Part shown: one piece after another, positions 30,562 to 43,264 of the stretch
How positions within the stretch are numbered: the stretch's first letter is position 1
Layout: every line of letters starts with the position of its first letter
Position numbers and translations under genes: made by a program
Assembly (NCBI RefSeq): GCF_009914755.1
Contig: NC_060944.1
From: the human T2T-CHM13v2.0 reference genome, Homo sapiens
Reading direction: 5' to 3' (one strand)
DNA length: 64,000 nucleotides
The notes under the pieces: generated by a model
Told to the model about the DNA's origin: nothing
What the model saw: the letters and a program-made list of their open reading frames with translations, nothing else
The model's database searches: none

Positions 30562-31675
30562 TGTGGTGGGCAGATTCCAGAATGATTCCCAATGACCCTT
30601 GTCCTTGAAAAGCCTCTTCCCCTTGAGTGTGGGTGGAGCTTGTGAATAGGCTACTACTCCTGTGACATCATATGACAACGGGGATTGTGCAGATCTAATT
30701 AAGGCTATTAGTCAATTGACTTTGAGGTAATCAGAAGGCAGATTAGCAGGTGGACCTGACCTAATCACACTAGCTGTTTGAATCTGGGCCTAGAGATCAG
30801 AGACAGAAGTTAGGAATTCATATCACAAGAGTGATTCAAAATGCCATTGACTTAAAAATGGAGGGGCCCAAATGCCAAAGACTCGGGAGGCCTCTAGGAG
30901 CCGAGAGTGGTTCCTGGCCAGAAGATGGGAATCTTGGAACCTTAGTCTTTTCATGTTTTGTTTTGTTTTGTTTTGTTTCTCTGCACCCCCATGTTTATTG
31001 CAGCACAACACACAATAGCCAAAATATGGAATCAACCTAAGCGCCTGTCAGTGGGTGAATGGATTTAAAAAAGTGTTCTATACACAATGGGTTATTATTC
31101 AGCCATAAACAAGAATGACATCCTGTCATTTGCAGCAACATGGATGGAGCTAGAGGCCATCACTTTAAGTGAAATAAGCCAAGCACAGAAAGACAAATAT
31201 CACATATTCTCACTCCCATGTGGGAGCCACAAAGGTGAATCTCGTGAAGATAGAAAGTAGATTGGTGTCTACCAGAAGCTGGGAAGGGTAGGGGGTGGGG
31301 GCATGAAAAGAAGTTGATTAATGAGTATGAATCCAAAGTCAGATGGAAGAAATATTTAGTATTGTGTAGATCAGTAGGGTGACTACACTTTACAATAAAC
31401 TATTGTACATTTCAGAATACCTAGAAGGGGGAGCCTTAGTCTTGTAACCAAATGGAATTAAATTGTGCCAACAACATGAACTAGCTTGGAAGCAGATTTT
31501 ACCCCCAGAGCCAATAAGAACTCAATACCTTGTTCTCAGCCTTGTGAGACTTTGAGCAGAGCCCAGTACTGCTGGGCCGAACTTCTCACCTGCAGAATTA
31601 TGGACTAATAAATGGGTGTTGTTTTGAGCCATTAAGTGCATGGCAATTTGACACAGGAATAGAAAACTAACACAA
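30562..31675 (+). mobile_element. MLT1E/F-like LTR interrupted by an L1
   Basis: tgtggtgggcagattccagaatgattccc...aataaatgggtgttgttttgagcc...aatagaaaactaacaca; itself nested in an older antisense MLT1 (~30470-32100). Confidence 0.85.
30950..31429. mobile_element. L1MA-type 3' fragment with body inverted relative to the tail
   Basis: 14-bp TSD GGA(A/G)CCTTAGTCTT (30936-30949, 31430-31443); (TTTTG)n tail on the left, L1 body in + orientation. Confidence 0.75.
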
Positions 31676-32549
31676 AAGGCCAGCTGCCTTCAGGTACTGC
31701 TGCATCCGGGTGCTCAGATGACATCAGGAGGCCTTCCTGTCTCTGCGTCTCTCCAGGCTCATTTGCTTAGACTTGTTGGTGCATTTGGAGGATGGCTCTC
31801 TCCTTGTGGTGATGACGCCTCCAGGAGCCCCTCTTCCTTCTCCCAGCTTACCTATCCCAGGGGAAAGGAAGCCTCCTTTGCCATTCATACAACAGCCCTT
31901 GGATAAAGTTTCATTTGAAGGGTGATTTTCACAAGCTCCTCCCTAAACCAATTGCCACAGCCAAGGCTAAGCCCTGGACTGAGCGAGCAGGGCTGGGTCC
32001 ACCCCACCCATGGATGGAGAGCTGGGGAGGGGTCGCTTTTCCAAAGGGGACTCAGGACCCAGAAGGAGCAGCAGGTGCTGGGTGGGAAAACCAAGGGTGT
32101 CCCCCACACTCATGCATCTGTCTCTCCTGCAGCTCATGGGGCACAGCCTGCGCTACCTCCTCTGTCCTGGAGGACCCAGTGCCCATCCTCCATGGCTCCA
32201 GGATGGAGCTGGCCCTCCCACAGCCCTCACCATGGGCTGTGGAGGACAGGGTGTTGAAGGGACAACGATTCAGGTCCTGATCAGACATCCGGCTGGAGCC
32301 CTGACACTGGGCATCTCCTCATCCTCCTCGGCCATGACTGACTCTTCCTTGTCATTTCTGAGATGGTGGAAGGGAGACTTTGGAGCATCTGGGCAGGCCC
32401 TGGTGAAATGGCTCTACTCTAGACTTTTTGAAAAACTAAAAAATCACTTTAGGGTCTTAGAGAGCCATGCAAGGGAGAGACTTCAGTGTAGCTGGATGAA
32501 GACAAACTTGGGCACTTGGTTGTCCCTTCAGAGCTGGGTCTCGGAGCTT

Positions 32550-32780
32550 TCATGGAGTGCCCCGGGGAATACACAGGCTCAGGAGTCAGACCCCATGGGC
32601 TCAGGTCCCAGCTCTGCCTCTTACAGCGCTGCAACCTTGTATAAGTTACTTTAGCTGTGCCTCAGTTTCTTCATATGTAAAATGGATCTGATAATAATGC
32701 CCACCTGAAAGTGTGGGTGTGAGGATGAAATGAGCGAACATGTGCTTAGTGTGGTACATAGTGAGTGCCTGCTGAATGCA
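32550..32780 (+). mobile_element. MIR
   Basis: ctgtgcctcagtttcttcatatgtaaaatgg...gtgaggatgaaatgag. Confidence 0.9.
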
Positions 32781-33255
32781 CCTGCCATGATGCTGAGTGT
32801 GAGTGCCTGCTGAATGTGACCTGCCATGATGCTGAGTGTGAGTGCCTGCTGAATGCACCTGCCATGATGCTATCTGAGTGTGAGTGCCTGCTGAATGTGA
32901 CCTGCCATGATGCTATCTGAGTGTGAGTGCCTGCTGAATGTGACCTGCCATGATGCTATCTGAGTGTGAGTGGCTGCTGAATGCACCTGCCATGATGCTG
33001 AGTGTGAGTGCCTGCTGAATGCACCTGCCATGATGCTATCTGAGTGTGAGTGCCTGCTGAATGTGACCTGCCATGATGCTATCTGAGGTGTGTGAGGATG
33101 AAATGAGCTAACATGTGCTTAGTGTGGCACATAGTGAGTGCCTGCTGAATGCGCCTGCCATGATGCTGAGTGTGAGTGCCTGCTGAATGCACCTGCCATG
33201 ATGCTATCTGAGTGTGAGTGCCTGCTGAATGTGACCTGCCACGATGCTGAGTGCA
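32761..33255. repeat. Minisatellite, 38-43-bp unit, ~11 copies
   Basis: Unit gtgagtgcctgctgaatg(ca/tga)cctgccatgatgct(atct)gagt; interrupted at ~33087-33132 by a duplicated MIR segment. Confidence 0.95.
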
Positions 33256-33619
33256 CATTTCTGCTGAGATAGTTAATTCTTAGGTCCATTTCAAAGATCA
33301 GGAGCCTGTGACCAAATGTTCAGTACTTCTGGAAAACACTTCCATTTATGCTGTCTCTGAATTGGCAGCATTAGGAATGAAAGAGAGATAAATTAGATCA
33401 TCCAAGATGATTGCTCTGAATGCCCTCCTCAGGAGCTCTTTACAGTGTTACCTCCTAATGTACACTGAAACCGTGCTTGGTGCTGTCCTAGCCAAGGCTA
33501 GGGAAAGAAGGGAACTAACCTCCTCAGTTATTGGCCTAAGCATCTCATAACCTACCAGGTAGGGCACAAGATGTTATATCTGTGCCGTTTCCTTTACTGT
33601 TACATCAACTTTTGCGGCA

Positions 33620-33760
33620 TCACATGCATTTTGTGGATGAGTAAACTGAAGTCCAGGGAAGTTAAGTAACTTGCCCAAGGTCACCCAGAAAGTATCGGAG
33701 CTAGATTTGAATCTATGATGGTCTGCTTCCAAGGGCCAGAGGATTTCAGCTCTACATCAG
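33620..33760 (-). mobile_element. MIR
   Basis: gatgagtaaactgaag...gttaagtaacttgcccaaggtcac. Confidence 0.85.
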
Positions 33761-34183
33761 TTTTATTTTTTCCCAGAGAAACAAGAGAGAAGCTGAGGGC
33801 ACCATCTGCGGTGGATTCGGGCTGTGGGATTGCTGAATAGTGTCTACATTTGTATTAAGGAGTCATTTTGAGAGAACATTTCGAAGGCTCTCCAATCCAT
33901 AGCACAGTGTTTTACCATCATTTGTCTCCAGGTGCATTGGGAACCATGTATTCACTCCAGGTGGTTTGAGAGGGAATGTGGCATTGCCCTTTCCTTGTTT
34001 CTCAGAATCCTTATTTCCTCTCCTCATTTTGCCCCTTTCTCCACAACGTTCTTTTCAAGACTTTGAGTTTGGGCAAGAATCGGGCAATAGGTTGCATTGT
34101 CAGGGGCTTAATGCCTCAGATTTTCTAAGGCAGTCCTGCTTGCCAACCTTCTGTTCCCGGCTCATTTCTGATCTGAGACCTAG

Positions 34184-34652
<469 letters not shown>

Positions 34653-35214
34653 ACAAGTGTTCTTGGCTTTGTTTGTCTCTGCATTTGTCTCTGGGGAGGT
34701 ATCACATTAACTTTCCATGTTTGTGGACTTGTACCTGTAATATGATTACAGTCTATACTTTCTAGAATTTTCTCAGATCCTCCATAGAACGACGTTTTTC
34801 GTGGCAGAGATTGTGTCTTCAGTGTGTCCCAACAGAGCTTGATCTGGAACCTCACCCAGAGTAAGCGTGGATTTGAAGCACCAGGGTCTTGGAGATCCTG
34901 GAGGGGCTTGGCCCTCTTAGCCAGGCCTGTGTGGTGGGGATGCCGAGGGGAGGAATGATGGATGGGAGAGATCACGTGACAGCACAGGACACTCTCCTGG
35001 GGCTAAAACAACTTCAGCGTCTGCTGTTGCAGTTTGGCCAGCCTGGTGGGGATGGAGGTTTGGTGGGAATTTTTTTGTAAGATTCATTAACCTTTTTCTC
35101 TTCTTGTTTCCCCCTTTTCTTTTCCTCCATTTTAAGCAGGCAGGCAGTCTTGCTAATGTCAGAAGTTAGGGTTTGGGGTGATGTGAAAGTTAAGGTTAAT
35201 GTTTAGCAGATAGT

Positions 35215-35590
35215 CAATCCCCTCGCTCTCTGACTGTGGTTAAAGAACTCATCCCTGCCCCACTGACTTTGGGCTTGGCCATGTGACTTGCTTTGGCCAA
35301 CAGAATATGAGCGCACATACTGTGAGCAGAGGCCGTGAGTGCACTGCCACGAGAAGCGTGTGTCCTGGGGAGCTGCTGCCTCTTGTGCCCGGGTCTAGAA
35401 GAAGTCATGTGTCGTCAATCCAAGCCCAACCCGTAGCCTGGAGCAGAGCTGCCCTTAGACCGCCCCAGATCATCCAAACCTTAGTCACCCTGCAGACTCC
35501 AAGTGTGAGGACAGAAGCTCGTGTTATAAGCCATTGAGTTTGGGCGATGGTTTGTTATGCAGCACCACTGTGACAACAGAAGACTGATAT
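35215..35590 (+). mobile_element. MLT1 LTR
   Basis: gggcttggccatgtgacttgctttggccaac...ataagccattgagtttggg...gttatgcagca. Confidence 0.8.
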
Positions 35591-35767
35591 GGGTGGTGTC
35601 TGCTGGGAGGAACTGGGTGGCAACGGCAAGTGAATCGAAGAAGGCCGAAGTTATTGGCTTTTGCAAAATACTGAACCAGTGAAGAGATTTGCCCAAGTGT
35701 CCAGGAGGGTGGGAGCCTTTGGCCAGCAGCCAGGTGGGCCGAGCCTTCTGCAGAGCTGCGCAGGCTT

Positions 35768-35872
35768 GCTGACGCCTGTGTTTGGACAGTGGTGGAGACC
35801 TGGCTGATGCCTGTGTTTGGACAGTGGCGGAGACCTGGCTGAAGCCTGTGTTTGGACAGTGGCGGAGACCTG
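35768..35872. repeat. 35-bp tandem repeat, 3 copies
   Basis: gctga(c/t/a)gcctgtgtttggacagtgg(t/c)ggagacctg at 35768, 35803 and 35838. Confidence 0.95.
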
Positions 35873-35969
35873 CATTGCGTTCCCTAGAGTGTCAGGGGTA
35901 TTGCCAGTCTTGGGCCTCAGACAGAACAGCCTCTACTGCCTGAGGAACCCCTGTTTGCCAGGGATTGGT

Positions 35970-36150
35970 TTAAGCATCTCCTATGACCTTACTGTACCTC
36001 CTCAGCAGGTGGGTGCTGTCACTGGACAGATGAGGAAACTGAGGCATAGAGTGGTTAATCACTGCTCAGGGTTGCACAAGGGATAGGTGGCAACACGTGG
36101 CGTGGAGTCTAGGCAGTCCGCTTCTGGATGCTATGCTCATCGTCGCTACA
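35970..36150 (-). mobile_element. MIR
   Basis: acagatgaggaaactgaggcatagagtggtt. Confidence 0.8.
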
Positions 36151-39100
36151 CTGCCCGCCCCAGTGCACCTGAGGGACTGCAAGGGCCGAGTGGCATCTCA
36201 TGATAACCAGGGACTGAGAGCAGAAAGCTTGGCTTCCCTCATTCCCAACGTTAGACCCTGGCAAGGCCTGTGATGTGGACCTCTTCTCAAGTTGGGAGAG
36301 GAAGAATGGCTGAGATGGCATTTCCTAGCAGCCCAGGGGGACGGAGGCTGCAGTCACAATGCAGTGGACTTAAAGAAAAGAAAGAGACACAGCCTCTCTT
36401 ACACCCCGGACTCAGCACAGATGTTCACCCTTGCAGCCCATGGCGTTGGATGGCAGGCTTGATGCCACCTGTCTGGCACAGGCAGCATTTCTGTTGGACT
36501 CAGGGACCACAGGCTCTAGGTCCCTGCAGGATCCTTGGACATCACTGGCCACAAAGAAGGGGTCTCCCAGATGTCACATGCAGGTGGCCTTGGGCTGGAG
36601 CCAGGGCCAGGGTCTGACCTGGAACTGCAGAAAGCAGTATGTCCTGAGCTTGCTGCTGACTCTGGGGAGGAGGCGCAGCTGGCCACGGAGCTGCCCTGAA
36701 GCCGTCGGAGGTGGGGGGACCAAGTGGCTGGAGCACAAGATGCACATTTCCTGAGAATACTTTTTCCCCAACACTCCCATTGCTTCATTTTTAAACACCA
36801 CACTTAATTCATGTATAGATCTGAAATCACACTGAACGGGAATGTGAGTTTTCTGGGTTTGCCAAAAGGGGACCTGGGTTAGCAGCAGTGGCGAGGGGGC
36901 CTGGCCTTGCAGGGGTGAAGGTGAAGGTGTTGGTGAACTCAGCTTCCCTCCTGCATGTCTCGGGAAGATCATTTCCCGGCCCCCATGGTTGAGGAAGAGC
37001 AATAAAGAACCAAATCTCCTTTGAAAGGCATTTGACAACATTTAAACTCCGTCAGGCAGCCTAAGGATCATTTTCAATAAATTCATCTTGAGCTAAAGTT
37101 TCTGCCTTACTGAATTCATCTTTTGGGAGTGGGTGTTTGTCCCTGCTGCAGATAATTGTGACCCTGGATGGCAGGACCTATGTTCACTGTGAACCAACTT
37201 TTCTTGCGAGGGCCCCAAAGACCCCGAGTGTGAATCGCCCGAGTGGGTGGGGTCTCTTGCCCTGTGAGTCCTACTACCAGGGGCCCCATCCTTCCACCCA
37301 CCTTCCCCCGGGTCTGTTTCCCTTGAGGTCTGAGCTGGGGTGCCCAGTGAGGGGTCATCCCTGCTGTGAGATAAAACCGAGGTGTGACTCCCCATCCCCA
37401 TGCAGGGCCCTAGAGGTCATGCACGGCTTCAACCATCTGACCGAGGACGGATCTGACTCCCTGCTCAGGGCAGCAGCTCGTGGTTCATTCAGCCCCAGCG
37501 GCGTCTCGATGGGGGTAATGTAAGGGGCACAGAGAACCGAGGATTGGGTCTGATGGGATTAAACCCCCAACTGGTGTCCCTGTGTCTTCTCTTTCCTGAC
37601 ACCAGACACCAAGAAGAAACAGCCCCAAGCACATCCGTCAGTGCATTCCGAAGGGTGAGCTGGGGGCCAGGCGGCCTCTGAAGGCTCCACATGGGTTTTG
37701 AGCTTTTGCTTTTTTGCAGCAGCAAATCTGCTCTGGGCTGGGAATTGGTGTTTGCTAAATGCACAGGTGGTCTGGAGTGATGTTTTCCTTCTTTAGCAAA
37801 GTAACACATGCTCCTTACAGAGAGTTAGACATGCAAAGAGGCAGGCATGTTTTTTAAGGATAAGTTAAACATTCAGCAGGTTCTCGGGCACTGAGTGAAA
37901 GGTGTCCCCACAGGTCAGCCCCTCAGCCCCCCAGTTTCTTCTTGGAGAAGCCAGTGCAGGGCCCCGTGTTGGGGGCCGGTGGGTAGGAGGCTATCTCAAG
38001 ACACCAGGAGGCGATTAGAGGGTCTCAGTCCATTTTGATACCTGTGCTCGGGAGTCGCTGGCTTGGACTGGACTCCTGGCAGCACCCAGTGAGAAAGGGA
38101 CAAATCAGGCTGTGACTCTGGCCGTTTTCTCCTCTGCGACTATGATTCCTTTGCTGCACCCCCTCTTTCTGGCCCATCCGCAGAGCACAGACCTATCCTT
38201 GCCGGCTGACATTTCTCTGCTCCCTGAGGCTGAGTGTGCCCCCTGGGGATGCTCAGAGAGTGTCCCTGGATTTATTTCAGGGCCCTCACTTCTTGGAGGA
38301 GATGTCATTCCCTGCAGAGCTCCATTCACCTGCTCTGAACCCTCCTCATCCTGCCCAAGGACGTGCTCTCTGGTTTGGCTGGAAAGAATGACCCCACCAT
38401 GCCAACTCTGGGATTCAGGCAAATCAGAGCTGCTGGGCCCAGGCTGCGTTGTCCAGCTGGCCCAGGTGTTTGTACTGAAACACAGCTGTGTGCCCACTGG
38501 TTGGTGCAGAGATGCTGTCTCTATCCCTATGGAGACCCTGTACTGGCACCCCAAGATACAGCAGCACAAGGGGCACAATTGCTGGCCCAGCAGAAACCTG
38601 GGGACCCTACACTCGAGCTACGGTCAGTGTCCACGATGACTGGCCAGCTGCCAAGTGAACAAGGACAGAGGCGTGGGCAGACGTGCTGTGGCCTCTCAGT
38701 GCTGGGTGTGTGAGTGGCCGGAGAGGGCGTCTAGATGCCCCAGGTGTCTTCACACCCAGAACTGGGTCTGCCAGACCCTGATGGCCCCGAGAGTCCTGAC
38801 CAGACCCCCGAAGGCCAACCCAACATGCTGGGAATGACCATTGGTGCCAAGCGGGCCCTGGGCAGCTGGGGAAGGGCTGTCACCTCAAATGTCCCACTAC
38901 CTGGCTCCTCCTCTTTCCTCAGGGACCCGAATCTGCCCGCTGGGCACAGGTCCTCACACAAAGCCTGGTCCAGGAAAAACAGGACCACATTGCCAGGCGG
39001 CCTGTCCTTCCCCTCCCCACAATCTGTGCTCTAATTACAGAAATGACAGGCTCATGGCCAGAGACGCCAAGTAACAGAGAAAGAGAATAAAGTAGAAAAT

Positions 39101-39212
39101 AAGAATCATTCCCCAACCTACCCCCACACGGAGCTAGCTGCATTTTAAATAACTAAGCTTCTTGATTGTGTCTGTGTGGAGGCCTGAGTTCCTATAACCG
39201 AGGCTGTTTTCT

Positions 39213-39533
<321 letters not shown>

Positions 39534-39745
39534 TGAGCCTCTAAGCCAAAGCGTCCGGGCACAGCTGGGGACAGGCAACATGGACCCGGTCACTGTGGTC
39601 CTAATGGTAGATTGTGGTCCTGGTTGGCATAGGCGGCTCATCACGGTCTCACCTGTAGCTGCTTTATGGAAGGTCTGAATTGGATAGGAGCAGAAAACAG
39701 CTTCATTGTTCTCTAGCCGCTGCATTCCAGCAGCTTCTGTGAGGC

Positions 39746-40012
39746 AGGGGCCAGATTAGGGTGAGTGAGTGAGGCCAAGTCATGCAAATACAGGGTCATA
39801 TTGTGTCTTAGTTGAAATGTTGTTAACTTTCCCATTAGGGTTTTTTTTTTTTTTTGCATTGAATTTAACTTTTGAAAAAAATTCTGCACTAAAATATTAT
39901 TTATTTTGATCCTGAATTTTTTGGTGCCCCCTTAAATTTTATGCCTCACTTGCTGCATCCTGATAATCCAGAGATGAGCGCCTCCCTCCCCTGCCTCGCC
40001 CTAGTCCCCATC
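39746..40012. mobile_element. MER96B-like hAT MITE
   Basis: cagggg...tagggtgagtgagtgagg at the left end; cctcgccctagtccc at the right end. Confidence 0.55.
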
Positions 40013-40122
40013 CTGCTGATAGGTCTCTGGTCTCTGCTCCTTGATGACATCTGGGGAAGTTTTCCTAGGATTTTGGTCACCTTGATTTATAATAGCAGAC
40101 TTGCTAATAATGAGTGGAATAT

Positions 40123-40473
<351 letters not shown>

Positions 40474-40916
40474 TCAACTTTAATCTCACGCCCAGTTCCT
40501 AGGTTAGTCCCTTCTCCAGCTCAAATTCAGCCTAAGCCTCAGGGGTCCTTGGTCGGGGTGGCACCACCTGCTCCCTTCCCCAACTTTGTTCCTGTTTTTA
40601 ATCTGCTGGGGCTGGGTGCATTCAGAGGTAGGGACAGGCTGAAGGTCTTCAGCTTTTTGGTTCTGTTGATGGGTGAGTTCCAAATACTAGCTTTCTCTTG
40701 TAGGATATTTCATTTATTTGTTAAAAATATTTATTTAGAACACACCATTCATGTGCCAGACGCTATTCCAGCCACTGGGGATAGGGTGATAAATGAGATA
40801 AACAAAAATACTCGCCCACGTTAAGCTCCTATTCTAGGGAAGAGAGGAAAAAAAAGAAAATACATGTGTACTTAGTACATTAGAAGGTTCCAAGTACTGT
40901 TAAAAAAAATAAAGCA

Positions 40917-41325
40917 GGCTGGACTCAGTGACTCATGTCTGCAATCCCAGAATTTTGGGAGGTGTAGGTGGGCAGATTGCCTGAGCTCAGGAGTTCGAGA
41001 CCAGCCTGGGCAACACAAAAAAACCCTGTCTCTACAAAACAAAAACAAAACATTTAGCTGGGTGGACAGATTGCTTGAGCTCAGGAGTTCGAGACCAGCC
41101 TGGGCAACACAACAAAACCCTGTCTCTACAAAACAAAAACAAAACATTTAGCTGGGTGTGGTGGCATGTGCCTCTGGTCCCAGCCACTGGGGAGGCTGAA
41201 GTGGGAGGACTACTTGAGCCTGGGATGCAGAGGTTGGAGTAAGCCAAGATCACAACATTGCACTCCAGCCTGGGTGACAGAGTCAGACCCTGTCTCAAAA
41301 AAACAAAACAAAACAAAAAAAAAAC
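40917..41325 (+). mobile_element. AluJ with a 94-bp internal tandem duplication
   Basis: 40967-41060 is repeated at 41061-41154. Confidence 0.9.
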
Positions 41326-41639
41326 AGGAAAAAGAAAGCAGAGATGGGGACTAGTGGGGAGGGGGCTGGGGATGAGAGCCTCCCTGAGCTTCCACAGTTC
41401 TTCCTGCCCCTCTCCTATCTCACTGGGCACGGGCCACCTGGGGCTTCTGGTTGTTTTGTGCCAACTTAATATGTTGTTCTTGCCAACAGTCGGAGGCCAA
41501 CTGAGGCTTCTCTGTCTTCCACAAGGAACAGCATTGGCCTAAACCTGCAGGCACCATTGCAAAGGGGAGTCAGCTCAGGTAAACCTGCTGGTGAAGCATG
41601 ATTCCAGCGTGGGGACACAGAGGCTGATGTATCTTGCTG

Positions 41640-42080
41640 TAGGTGATTTAATGTTGGGCCTCACTATTTCACTACCCCTGTAAGAGTATGACACATCCAC
41701 GTCCTTACCAGGGCCCGAGGGAGGGTGGATAGACTTATCCATCCCATAGGTATTGCTCGTGGCTGGGTAACTTGCTTATGCCAACAAGATTTTCATAGAC
41801 ACGGCACAGGCAGAAGCCTGGAATGTGTTGGCACTGCCAGGCCTGCCCTCTAATGCTCTTGATTTTTCCCACGAGACGAGCGTGCCCCAGGGAACTTCGG
41901 CTCCAGCTGCAGGATGAGAGGCGTGTGGAGCACGCAGGGTTCCAACCCTCAGCCTGGAGTCAAGCCCAGACTAGATCAGCCTAAGCCCAGCCAAGCCACA
42001 GGTGCAGGAGTGAAAAGCAAATGCTAACTGTCCATGACATTGACTTTCAAAGGGGCATGTCATGTTATGTGGCTCATCCC
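41640..42080 (+). mobile_element. Old MLT1 LTR
   Basis: taacttgcttatgccaacaag...cagcctggagtcaagccc...aaatgctaactg. Confidence 0.65.
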
Positions 42081-42109
42081 AGCAACAATGAAGATATTTC
42101 TCCATCAGT

Positions 42110-42950
42110 CAGTCGGTAAATAATTATTGACAATGTGCTAGGAAGGTGGAGTGATTGGAGTAGATTTGGTCCCTATTCTCATGGAGCTTACTTTCTAGAG
42201 GGGAAGACAGATGATAGGTGAATAAATATAAATTATTCTATTAGGTTGATGCAGCAGTAATTCCGGCTTTTGCCAGTAAAGGTAATGGCAATCAAAAGCG
42301 GGAGGAGCCGGCGCTGCCATTCATTAAAAGTAATGACAAAACTGTGATGACTTTTGCACCAACCTAATAGAATAAATTACGAGTGCGCAAAACGCTGTGA
42401 TGGGAAAGTTCCAAGTGCCAGGATAGCATCTAGCTTCCTGGAGTCAGGAGATGGGGGTTTTCAACCTAAGCAAGGTTAAGTCCAAGTGGTGGGGGCAGGC
42501 GGGGGGCGATATTTCAGGGGAGACTCCAAGGATGAACGGAAATTAGAAAAGTGAACGCAGATGGTGAGGGGGGACGGGTTTCAGGCACAGAGAACAGCAT
42601 GTGCAAAGGCCTGGGGGGAGGACTTCGTGTGTTCATGGACTGAGGGGCGGCCAGCAGGCTGGAGCTGAGCCGGTGGAGAGGAGGATGGGGAGCCGGGGAA
42701 AGGCGCTCCACGCAGGGGGCACAGCAGGGGCAAAGGCCCGGAGTCAGGCCTGAACCTGTGTGGTTTGAGGAAGTGACAGAGGCCTGTCTGGGAGGAAAGT
42801 AACAGCAGAGGGGAGACCATAAGGTCAGGGCAGAGGGCAGGGCCGTGCTGGGCACTGTGGGCTGTGGATAGGACCTGGCACGTATGCTCGGGTGAGGGGA
42901 ACGTGTTAGAAGATTTTAAGAAGGGCAGGAACATCTGGGGATAATGTGTA
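42110..42950 (-). mobile_element. L2 3' region interrupted by MADE1
   Basis: ctcatggagcttactttctagagggg, gaacagcatgtgcaaaggcctgg, gaagattttaagaaggg. Confidence 0.75.
42241..42368. mobile_element. MADE1 (Hsmar1-derived MITE), enlarged
   Basis: TA-flanked TIRs ttaggttgatgca.../...tgcaccaacctaa; ~128 bp compared with the ~80-bp consensus. Confidence 0.85.
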
Positions 42951-43264
42951 TTCTAGGAATCTCAACCAAGTAAATTCATAGTTTGAATGTTCACAAGACT
43001 TCTGCACAGGCAAAGTGAAAGATCGTTTCTAGAGCTGTGAGATAAGATCATAGTAAAAAAGAACTACTAAGTTTTTAAAGGTTATTTCAAATGATGGATT
43101 TCCATCTTACAAATGAATGCAAGTAGGTTGCAAGGTTGATGGAAAGCAGAAAAGTTTTCTGACTTGCGTGAACAGAAAAGAAACATCAATTTGAAAGGAA
43201 AACATTTATTTATTTACTTCCTCTACAGTTTTCCTGACTGCTACATTTCATGAGAAGGGATTGT

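Noticed and set aside
32010-32654. 214-aa ORF
   Set aside because: Overlaps LTR and MIR sequence, with no recognisable domain
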